Below, piece by piece: positions 26,501 through 35,800 of a stretch of 64,000 nt of DNA (its first letter is position 1; each line of letters starts with the position of its first letter). The DNA is from Chrysomallon squamiferum. Taxonomy: Eukaryota; Animalia; Mollusca. The stretch lies in assembly GCA_012295275.1 (NCBI GenBank), contig CM022665.1, forward strand, positions 21,080,001 through 21,144,000, read 5' to 3'. The position numbers and the translations under genes were made by a program. The notes under the pieces are model-generated. The model did not search any database and was not told where the DNA came from. It saw only the letters and a list, made by a program, of their open reading frames with translations.

Positions 26501-28914
26501 TTACTTAACAAACAACATTAACAGTAGTTACTCACACCATAAGATTTTTTTAATGTTTAATGATTAATTGTTGCCTGTAATATAATTATCATTGCTAATG
26601 TTTGTTTTGTTAAGTTACTTAACAAATAATTACAAGTCGACAACAACAGTAGTTACTCACTGCAAGGTTTCTTAATATGCAAAGATCAATGTCACTGGGC
26701 TACAGCTGTGTGGTATGCATGATAAAACAGTTCAAATCCAGGCAGTGCAGTCATGTTAATCAGGGTAAACAACACTAGGCAAATGTCAAAGACAAAATAA
26801 AAAAAAACAGATGCAAAGGCTGTGTGGTAATATTATTATTATTTCTGATGGTTTGTTTTGTTGTGTTAAAGACTGGAACAGCGATTGCAGCAGTTTGAGA
26901 AAGACAGAGAGGAACACAAGAAAAGAATTTTGATGAGACAGGAACTGAAACAGAAGGAACATGAAGAATATCTGAAAAGACAACGGGTAACTGATTTTAC
27001 TTCTTTCTTTTCATTTTCTTTAAGTGTTGTATTCTGTTAGTGGTTTTGTTTTTCATCCTGTTCTGCTATCAACAAATAAGTCATGAATTTGATTCTGATA
27101 AAAAATTATGACATATTGCATGATTAGCTTAAAATAATTTTATTATGACAAGAAGAGTTTAGATGTGCAAACGGTAATACAATAAAATAAAGATATATGT
27201 GATTAGCTTAAAATGCATTTTATTATATCAAGGAGACCTTAGATTTCCAAAAGATAATACTTCAAAATAATGACTTATCTAATGACTGGGATAAAATATT
27301 TTTATTATCTGTAGTCTGTGATATTTATAGTTCAAACTGCACCTAGTAGTTTAAAAAATATTATCTGTAATCTGTTAATATTTTAAATTTTAGCTGTTCC
27401 TAATAGTTTAGAAAACATTGTATATTTCAGGAAATGCGTGAGAATCAAAGAATAAAGTTTGAAGAAAGGAAGAGATTACTAATGATGGAGGAGGAGAAAA
27501 TGAAACAAAGAAGAGAAGAGGAGTTAATGAAGAAAAGACAAATGGTAAGTAATACTCAGTGTTTTTATTCCAACTTAAGTTATTAAAATAACAAAACATT
27601 TAAAATAAAAGTAATCAATCATTAGGCTTTCATGATATTTTCTAAACAATTAAATTTCATTCTTCTGTTTTGACTATATAGTTTTTTTCATTCCCCAGAG
27701 CTTTCCTTGTAAAATCTATTGCATTGGTTTTATAAATAGAAGATAAATAAATAACTAAATATGGAAATCAATGTGACCAATTTAAAAGGAATCCATTTGT
27801 GAATTTGCAGGAGATAAATTTGAAAGTGGTAGAACACCTTAGATTTTAATGGTTTAATTGTTTAACATATTGATTGTGAGAGAAAATATTAAAAAAGAAG
27901 AGAAAGATTTTGAGTTTTATTGTGAAGGAAATTAAAATAAAGATCATGAAGTTTATTGCAAGGGGAATTATAATAAAAAGAAAGATTTTGAGTTTTATTG
28001 TCAAGGAAATTGTTATAAAAAAGATTTTGAATTTTGTTGTATTTTTGTGTTTACAGGAGCGAGAACAAAGACAAGAGATGCAGGCAGCACGGGAAGCAGA
28101 GGAGGCAGCCCTGCGAGCACAAATACGCAAACAGGAGGAGGAAGCATCTCGTCAACGACTGCTACAGCAACGTCAGGAACGTCTAGATCAGCAGAGAGAC
28201 ATCCGCGTAGCTGAGGAACGGCGACGTTTAAATTCAGCAAATCAGAACCAGTCTTCAGCTTATGGGTATCAGCAGTATGCAAACTTTCCTCAGCAACAAA
28301 CAGTGGCAGACAATCTAGGACCACCTCCACCTCCAGAACGTAACAGTTCCTATGAGGTGACGAACCGTGGTCCTAGAGGAAACGATTACCATGGCAACAT
28401 GCTGTATCAGGACCAGAATCAGTCTGGTTTGAAGCCGGGACAGGAGATGGTTCCTCCTAAGAAATCAGTCTCTTTTAACACTCAGCTGGAGACTAGGAAT
28501 ACGTACAGTGTTCGTAGCATGAGTGACTCCGACCCTGGCTCCCAGCTAGGATCTGTTTCATCCTACAGAACCCCAGACTATGTCCCAGGCTCCCCTGTGT
28601 CAAATCAGCTCCCTTCTTCTTCTAATGATGTTTTCCAGACCCCTCCTCAGAATCAAAATGTGACCTACGTGGCAGCAGAGACAACTCCAGGAGTTGTTGG
28701 GACGCAAGAGATCTATCGGGATCCTCGCACCAGGATTGCTGCAGAGAAAGCTGCAAACATCATGCGGAAACCAGGACCAGAGAGAATGTCTTTCAGAGAC
28801 AAAATGAAATATTTTGCAGTGGAAGCTGGAGAAAGCACGATTAAGTTGAAACCAAAAGTTTCAAAGACTCAGCGACAGATAGAATCTCAATTACATCATG
28901 AGAATGGACAGTAG
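1..28914 (+). CDS. AFDN: Afadin (AF-6/canoe), 5'-truncated by the window edge; 23 coding exons, 2051 aa visible
   Basis: Exons: 1-181, 7277-7434, 11484-11598, 11999-12157, 12753-12841, 13616-13819, 14095-14234, 15035-15114, 16086-16291, 16586-16823, 17108-17415, 18347-18689, 19122-19198, 19844-19996, 20589-20654, 21462-21535, 21953-22071, 22676-22972, 23433-25372, 26013-26134, 26872-26986, 27431-27544, 28057-28914. All introns are GT-AG, phases match, total 6156 nt ending in TAG. Afadin signatures: LPETSFTRSISNPEAVMRRRRQQKL, GGTLKIYG (RA2), RCRVNAALTIQLFSQLFHFIN (Dilute), MGLSIVAA..GIYIKSVV.GGAA..DGRLQAGDQLL (PDZ), PPPPERNSSY and PERMSFRDKMKYF (tail). Confidence 0.96.
179..365 (+). repeat. 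Minisatellite of about 22 bp starting at an afadin splice donor
   Basis: About 8 copies of cagggaataatgggttaattatta; the copy at 321-343 regenerates caggtgagaa. Confidence 0.85.
640..905 (+). repeat. Degenerate 41-bp tandem repeat
   Basis: gtcatgcttgattgattctattttcaagtctgattcaaaaa, about 4 clear copies at 724-885 with decayed flanks. Confidence 0.8.
1985..2290 (+). repeat. Degenerate tandem repeat of about 29 bp
   Basis: About 10 copies of gttgtctagtgttatgaataatgtgtaca. Confidence 0.8.
5074..5193. mobile_element. Possible old hAT-type MITE
   Basis: cagtgttccctctaa ... ttagaggaaatgttg (11 of 15 complementary); flanking 8-mers cttttgtt / ctgttatt (6 of 8). Confidence 0.4.
5475..5702 (+). repeat. 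Direct duplication of about 80 bp
   Basis: tctacttctaagctttactaataataaagtttg at 5475 and again at 5618. Confidence 0.8.
7277..12157 (+). CDS. AFDN: Afadin exons encoding the second Ras-association (RA2) domain
   Basis: Exons 7277-7434, 11484-11598, 11999-12157 translate GGTLKIYGESVRPDIPYKTLLLS...EAMEKYGL...YCLVQ|V...ERIMADDECPLLV...HIIFQLR. Confidence 0.92.
8746..8899 (+). repeat. Three tandem copies of a unit of about 51 bp
   Basis: ttagagtggtctgccctt.gttgaccagtacagaggaag.gagacactgta x3. Confidence 0.85.
9095..9368 (+). mobile_element. Degenerate SINE resembling the MetaSINE core and mollusc SINE tail
   Basis: ttccaaccaattcctcaagactggtt...tatgttgttttcctgtct...tataaaaga...ttgcta followed by aaatgtttaacacccagtagctgat...cattaaacagaaa; resemblance recalled from memory, not aligned. 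Confidence 0.5.
10505..11098 (-). mobile_element. Non-autonomous PIF/Harbinger-type DNA transposon relic carrying a MADF (Myb/SANT-like) exon
   Basis: Imperfect TIRs of about 30 bp (aaaactgtatcctaattgggtatgtgcgatgc vs reverse complement of gcatcacacatgccatttaggatacaatttt). Internal 10886-10763 encodes MEDEQLINLVQKLPVFYDSSLSTYKDNNRKENAWKNSGKTLG, a MADF consensus match. TSD not clearly preserved. Confidence 0.72.
12753..13819 (+). CDS. AFDN: Afadin exons encoding the FHA domain
   Basis: Exons 12753-12841 and 13616-13819: VTEVGSE...LQ|LYGGDVMPRHCVIAHTDGIVTVTP...ETYVD...TTMLKHGMTVQFGKSYAYRFCDP. Confidence 0.92.
16086..19198 (+). CDS. AFDN: Afadin exons encoding the Dilute (DIL) domain region
   Basis: FKLAPTYSLYM, LAFWMANSSEILHF, RCRVNAALTIQLFSQLFHFINMWLFN, WAEKQGLELAADCHL, STCFKLNSMQ, LPFLLPEDGYSCD across five exons. 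Confidence 0.94.
19005..19133 (+). repeat. Three 47-bp copies of an afadin splice acceptor
   Basis: AG at 19027, 19074 and 19121, each followed by (a/g)ga(c/t)atgcaaac. Confidence 0.85.
19844..22071 (+). CDS. AFDN: Afadin exons encoding the PDZ domain
   Basis: Exons 19844-19996, 20589-20654, 21462-21535, 21953-22071: SMGLSIVAAM|GEGQRERGIYIKSVVSGGAAAL|DGRLQAGDQLLEVDGMSLVGLTQDK|AAELMTRTGQTVTLKVAKQGAIFHGLATLL. Confidence 0.95.
20950..21461 (+). repeat. Degenerate 31-33 bp array ending in the afadin acceptor at 21461
   Basis: Roughly 15 copies of ttattaataataaaataattttgctctacag; the last is ttaataataaaatgatttctctatag|. Confidence 0.75.
23433..25372 (+). CDS. AFDN: Afadin giant internal exon (1940 nt), Pro/Gln-rich disordered region ending in a conserved coiled-coil
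   Basis: Acceptor ttgcag at 23432, donor gtgagt at 25373; open frame with PPxPP motifs and SPWDREEREKLE...ERLRKLRLEHEFQKR. Confidence 0.93.
28057..28914 (+). CDS. AFDN: Afadin terminal coding exon (F-actin-binding tail)
   Basis: Acceptor ttacag at 28056; PPPPPERNSSY, TPGVVGTQEIYRDPR, PERMSFRDKMKYF; stop TAG at 28912-28914. Confidence 0.93.
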   Translation, partial: EREQRQEMQAAREAEEAALRAQIRKQEEEASRQRLLQQRQERLDQQRDIRVAEERRRLNSANQNQSSAYGYQQYANFPQQQTVADNLGPPPPPERNSSYEVTNRGPRGNDYHGNMLYQDQNQSGLKPGQEMVPPKKSVSFNTQLETRNTYSVRSMSDSDPGSQLGSVSSYRTPDYVPGSPVSNQLPSSSNDVFQTPPQNQNVTYVAAETTPGVVGTQEIYRDPRTRIAAEKAANIMRKPGPERMSFRDKMKYFAVEAGESTIKLKPKVSKTQRQIESQLHHENGQ

Positions 28915-29842
28915 CTTTTGGTTTGTCATCGTTGTTGTTGTCAATGTTGTTAGCCAAGGATTGCAGACTGGTTTCTTGTTTACAAAATGAACCAATGATA
29001 ACATTTCAGTAAGTCATGTGATTCTAGGTGTTCCCAGGATTTGATCGGAGGATCTGTCAGTCATCAGTGACTGAAAGTAATCTGTTCTAAGATTCCAGAG
29101 TGCTGTGTTTTAACAGGAAGGTTGTGTTGTACTTAAGCTCATCCCAGACAACTTTGTATTTATTCACCTTTTCATATCATTTAGCATCTGTGGCATATCT
29201 CCTGTATTGCCCAGCTCCCCCTCTACATATGCAAAATATTTTTTATCACATGCTTGTTTGGTGATGTACACCAAATATACAGTGTATTGAAATAATATCA
29301 AAATATGATAGTTTATTTAGCATCTCATAAGTTAATATTTAACTGGGATGTTTTTATTCATCAGTTAGTTTATTGTACAACTGTGAAAGAACAATATATA
29401 GAAGAAAAAAGCTGTTTCATGTATGTGTAACTGGTTACAAAGCTTGCCACAGGCTGCGGGTTCAAAACTCAGTGGCTTCTGATCATTCCTAAAAACTGAC
29501 AAATGCATAGTAAATTTGAGCCTTTTGCTCATCATGTAACATAACAATTCTGCATGCTGTATTTTCTGTGTTAATTGTATTCTTAGTGGGTTTTTTAATT
29601 ATTTTTAATCACTTTTGTAGAATTGACATTTTTCTGTGCTATCTTTAACATGTTTACAAAATAAATAATAATAATTTTTAATGTTGGCAGAATATTTATA
29701 TCTGCTTCTAATTTTTTAAATATTGATTGGAATGAGTTGTTTTGCCAGATGCTTTTAATTAACAATTGTATTATTCAGTTTTAATTTATTAATACAGTCT
29801 ATAGAATAATTTTAGCAATACATTATGATATACTTTCTTAAT

Positions 29843-29875
<33 letters not shown>

Positions 29876-30309
29876 ATTATAAACACATTCTTTATTTTTT
29901 ATATATGAAAAAAATTAAAAAATTAAAAAAACAACAACCAAGAACTGGAATTTTAAAAAAAAAAAAAAATGTATATTGTTTTAAAGAATTACAATAAATG
30001 TGGTCACGATTTTAGTTAATCTATATATATATATTTTTTTTTTAAATTAATTTTATTTTAAATTGTTCACTAATCTTACACATTAATACAAATTTTAGTT
30101 TAGTATTTTAACATTTTTAATCTGTTTTTTTTTTTAATAGTGTAACACTCAGGAATTTGAAAAAGAACAACAATAATCAAGTTTCTAGTGCTATAGTTTC
30201 TGTCTTGTTCTACTCAATCTGTATCTGGCAAAATGTACTGTCCTGCAATGTTCATGTTTCATCATTCCTGTTTGTGCTATGTTTGAACATATCAGAATAT
30301 GGTTGTGAA

Positions 30310-30565
30310 GGCTAGACTGCAAAATGTTACATGTAGGATAAATTGTGATGGATAGGCTGTAAAATAGACTGTAACATGTTACTCACTGTAGGACAAAGTT
30401 AAGATGGGTAAGCTGTAAATGTTACTCATTAGTATGATAAAGTTATGATAGAAAAGCTGTAGCATGTTATGCATTGGTAAGAAAGATGATGTGTTTAAGC
30501 TGTAACATGTTACTGGTAAGATAAAAATGATGTGGAAAAGCTGTAACATGGTGCTGGTAAGATTT
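30310..30565 (+). repeat. Degenerate tandem repeat of about 40 bp
   Basis: Recurring gctgtaacatgttact...ggtaagataaa.tgatg. Confidence 0.65.
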
Positions 30566-31239
30566 TGTCAGTAGGGTAAAGACAATCACCAGCGCATCTA
30601 AACTGTGAAAAGATAAGCAGGGCATTTATCACATCAGGATTGTGGTGTGATCCATACTGATCAAACTGAGAAAAATAGGCAAAAGTGTCACAAGTAAATC
30701 TAACAAAAAACGAATATTTGAAGAAGGGTCATGGTTGTGATTCTTTTTAGTTTTTCACAGCTGTTAAAGTGCCTGCTTCAGAGTTCCATCCATCCATTTA
30801 CAGTAGGTAGTGGTTACAAGGCAGCACATACCTTGATGTTCTGTTATTATCATGATGAGGTTATGCTGAAATAGTCTTTTTGATAACCAATAACACCAGC
30901 CTGATTTCAGTGATGGAGCTGGTTTAATCATCCCTCCAGCATGAGATGTGTATTCTCAGTGTAGCTGGTAGTGGAAGACTATATTGTCTTGTAACAGACA
31001 AACAAAGGAAAAGCCCTCCATTTAGAATCTAGCAGTGCCTACATCAGTTAATCCCTCCACAATGTAAGCAGAAAGAACAAACATGTTGTATGCCAGAATG
31101 TGCCTGTAAAATAAAGCATCCATCCAACACAGCCCAATTTTAAAAAAAATATGTATGTTGTTTTGTTTTGTTATGTGATAATAATCTTATCCTCATGTTT
31201 GGTTGTGAATCTCTGGGGTTTGTCCTGACAGTATCTGTC

Positions 31240-31470
31240 ATTTGTTTTATTAACAGGCCAACATATGCTTTATTAACAGGCCAACATATGCTTTACTAAC
31301 AGGCCTACATTTGTTTTATTAACAGGCCTATATTTGTTTTATTAACAGGCCTATATGTTTTTTTAACAGGCCTGCATGTTTTATTAACAGGTCTACATTT
31401 GGTTTATTAACAGGCCAACATATGTTCTGATTAATAGCCAACATTTACTGTATAAACAGGCCTATGGTCT
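31240..31470 (+). repeat. 23-bp minisatellite
   Basis: About 10 copies of ttttattaacaggccaacatatg. Confidence 0.85.
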
Positions 31471-32881
31471 TTACAGCAAACTTAATTAAACTTATTCATC
31501 AAGAACATATACATGAATATTGTAGTTGCATCTCTTTCTGGTGGTCTGTTAAAAAAAATCTATTTTGTTAAATATATTTTGATTCTGCTACTTCTTAAAG
31601 TGTTTCGGTGTCAATTGATTTTGTTAATTGCTTTACCATTCTCACATTTTTGTACTGAATTAGTTAAAAACATGTTTTAATTAAACTTGTAGGTTTGAAT
31701 ATGAATAGGGCAACATACACAACATGTTTGATTCCATTTCGTTGTTTTCTTCTTTGTTTTTTGAAGATAAAACATACCAATTTGTAAACTTTGAACAAAA
31801 CTAGATAGTGTATGAAATAAATTTATTTATTTTTGAATTTAAAAGCTGGGTATATACTTATTTAAAGAGACTTCAAATACAAAAACTGGAAATAAAAAGT
31901 ATAAAATACAAGTAAATTTTATGTATAATAAGAAAATAATTTAAAAAAAAAGAATGGGAAAAAGAAAGTCTGAATATATAGAAATAAGAATTTAACCATT
32001 CTGTAGTTAAGTATATTCAAGATGTTGATTGTGTTGTGGGTTGTTTCTGGGGTACATGTGTATTGTGTCTAGTCAGCCTAATTAATACCTGTCATTTTAG
32101 ACAGAAAACTGACAAGGACAGAAACCAGAGAAAGAATAATTTTCAAAATGTATCATATAATTACCAAGCAATAAATCATTGATAAACTATGACCACTTGT
32201 ATTTCTTGTTTGTTATTTGTTTATTTTTACTTTTTATTTAAATATTAACAATACACTGTGGTGCAAAAAGAGGTGAGGTGAATTGTGTTACTGCATCAAT
32301 CATGCTGATTTTGTTGTCTCTGTTTATAGATAACCTTTAGCAGTGGTGAAAAAAATGTCCTAAAACATTAATTTTACATACCTTAAGTTTGACAATTTAT
32401 TTTTTGGATTTATATTTATTATTATTTTCTTTTTCTTCTTTCTTTTATTTTGTTTTTAATAATGAAAAATAAATCAAAGTAAAATTTCCTTCAGTCAGAA
32501 AGCTTTATTCTGAAAACTAAACATTTTTTTAAATTTCATTATCATCTTTCACTTAAAAATATTACCTGTACATCAGTCTCTAAGAACTCATATGTAGTAA
32601 CAGAAACGACAAGACAGCCTTCAGATTCCTTTACTACATAACAGTAGAAACCAGATAATGTGTACATCATTTGATGTTGAAACATTTAACATCGGTGAAA
32701 CGGAACAACCCAAAGAGGACTATGCAGCATTACTCTGATGTAAACACATTTTTTTCATAAACTTCAACATTTATTCCAATCATTCCGTCATTCTGTGCAA
32801 GTCCAGTTTCCATGGATAAACTGATCAAGTATGGAAGGCAGTATGATGTATATGTGTATGTACAAAGAGATGAAGATATTT

Positions 32882-35800
32882 TTAGATGACAGAATAAGAT
32901 GCCCACTGTTTGACCTCTGTGGGGCAGTTTGGGTAACTCTGAAGTGTTTCCTGTATCTGGGAGTTGTGTATTAGCAGGTCCATCATTCTATACTCTTTCT
33001 GAACCCTGCTACCCCCTCCGTCCAGTGTCCGGACCAGCTCCAGAGCTATGAGGTGTTCAAAAGCCTGGAAATAAAGTGAAGATGATGAAAGTGTTGATTA
33101 AAGAATATATAACATTAATAAATACATTTAAACACAGACACACACACACACATATATATATACATACTATACTATACACCAACATAAATGTACATAATTA
33201 TAAACATACGAACACACACACACACAATCACATATGTATATATATATATATATATATATATTATTTAAAATATTTATTTATTATTATTATTATTATTATT
33301 GATTATTGATTATATTTTCTGTTTTTCTGTTCTGGAACTGTCTAATTTAAAATAATTCTTAGGCTAAACATCAAAACTGCTACACTTAATTCAACAATGT
33401 TACTTAATATGAACAAGATTTCAATTTTACTTTTAAAGACACAAAAGAATTGGCAGCAGGATTTACAGGCAGTTCTCTTAATGGGTTTGTGGGTTAAAAC
33501 AGAAAGGTAAAACGATCAGTATTTGAGCTTACTTTTATAAACAAGTTCATAGGCTTAAGATGTAATTTTTTTTTAAATTGATATTTAGTAACAGAATATA
33601 AAACATTTTTAAGTACTTCACCTTCAGCACAACTGGTTTTTCAAACACTTGAATACTTGACTTCTTTTGTGCAAATTTCATGTACTCTGAAATAAAGTAA
33701 CAATATGCTACACATTGACTAATAATACTAACATACAACACAAATACATTTAAATACAAATAATTACTATTTATTATTCATATCTGTCTGTCTGTCTATG
33801 TATCTATCTATATCTATACATACACACATGCACACACACATATATACAGATATGTGTATAAACAAAGATATAAAGTGGCTATTGTCGTAAGATAAGAGCT
33901 TTATCCTTTAAATGTTAGAATGCCACTGTTGATATGATTGCATATTTTACACACACAGACATACACATTTCTTGTTTTTTGTTTTGTGAGGGGTGGGGGG
34001 TTTGTTGTTGTTTTTTGGGGTAAGTATATATGTAGCAATGCTAACATGCCACTCAAAAAACTCTTTTAACATTCAGATAGTTGTTAACTGAAATGAATCT
34101 TTCTTAATAATAACAATTTAGATAACAATGAAACAAAAAAACAATGAAAATTTAGAGAATAATTTTAGTTCTGGAAATAGAGAAATTATTTATCCAGATA
34201 CACATTTTTTTATTTATAAAAATAAAGTACATTTCTAAATATTTTCTATTTTTTTAAAGGATGATCCAGCAAATGTGAAACTGTAGTAACATTTACTTTC
34301 ATTTGTTTTGTGTAATGATGACATGTTATTTTACACAGAAATACAAATAATGTACACACACACACACACACATATATAAATAAGGACAGGCTAACGTATA
34401 AAATCATTGTTTGCATTTTATTTATTTAAAATGAATAAATAAATTTAAAATTTATATGAACTATTACTGAGATCATAGAAAATGTATCACAATATGTCAA
34501 GGCAGAACTTACCACTGTAAACCATTTCAAAGTTGAAAGGTTCCCCATCATAAACATCAGTAATATGTTTCATAGCTATGATAAGACACAGCTCCAAGAT
34601 AGACACACCTAGAAACACATTTATTATTAATATATATTATTATTATATATATATATATATATCTATATAAATGTACATATTTTTTTCTTCTTTTTACTTA
34701 AAGACAGTATTCAGTAACAAAACTGCAAGGAATAGAACTGAAGTATATGGAGGCTATTACAAAAATCACAGTTTTTTTTATTTCTTTATTTTTTTTTTTA
34801 AATTATCAATGAGTTTTAGGATTCATGAAAAAAATACAAAAAAACAGAATAAATACTTAACACAACTTTAATATTTTATGTTTTTTTTTTCTAGCAGCCG
34901 TACTGAATACACCACCCTAACTGAATTATTAAATGTAAATCAAATTTCATTTTCAAACAATATTCATTTCATTCTAATAAACCTAATTTATAATATCTTT
35001 GTTTTAATAAAATTTATAAATCTTGAAAGAGGGAACTAAACAAACCGTGTAACATGGCCGACTTGCTGTCTGATGTGACAGTTTTGAATGAGTCAAGAAA
35101 ATCAGCAGCCTTCAACTGAGGATGTGTTGGACTTAGTTGACAAATTGGTCTTGTCTGAAATATTTTAAAAATAAAATAAATAAATAAATAAATAAATAAA
35201 TAAAGATAAAAAATTAAATTAAATACAATAATAACAATAATAAAAAAGAAAGAGAAAGAAAACAACTAAAATAAATGAAAATAAAGTGAAATAGTAAAGA
35301 AAAGTAAAATAAAATATATAAAATAACTAAACAAAAATAATGTAATTTTTTTCAGTTATTATTTGTAGATTTTAAAATGGCTACTAGCAAGTTATGAAGC
35401 ATCTCACCAGCAATGTTTGTAGACCTCTGATGTCTTTGTTCAAGTTGAATTGTCGTCTTAAAACATCTTGAACATTGTCTTCATCTACCAGTTCCTGTGG
35501 AGAAAATATTAAAAACTGTGACACAGATAAATTTTTGTTAAAACATTTACTAAAAGAGCACAACTGAAATTTTACAAAAAGTGGAAAAACAAATGATTGA
35601 AAAAGGATAGAGAGTATCATTGTTTGGTGTGTGTGTGTGTGTGCATTTTTGGCGTTTAATAATTCAAGGCTAGTCAGAAAAACTTGTCATTATTTTATTT
35701 TTATTTTTTTTAAAGTTCATCTTCAAATTCCAGTTCAGTGAATGCACAAACAACCATTTTCAACTGAATATCATCCTCAAACTTTCAATAAACAATTCCT

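Larger units (their letters stand above)
28915..32490 (+). other. Probable long afadin 3' UTR; exact end uncertain
   Basis: Non-coding stretch between the afadin stop and the ORC4 3' end, with several AATAAA hexamers, the last at 32468-32473. Confidence 0.4.

Noticed and set aside
27910-28056. N-terminal extension of the 334-aa ORF as an independent gene
   Set aside because: The extension is intronic repeat; the exon starts after the acceptor at 28056 in phase with upstream afadin exons.
29846-29874. Long A-tract as a retrocopy poly(A) tail
   Set aside because: No adjacent processed gene or SINE body and no target-site duplication.
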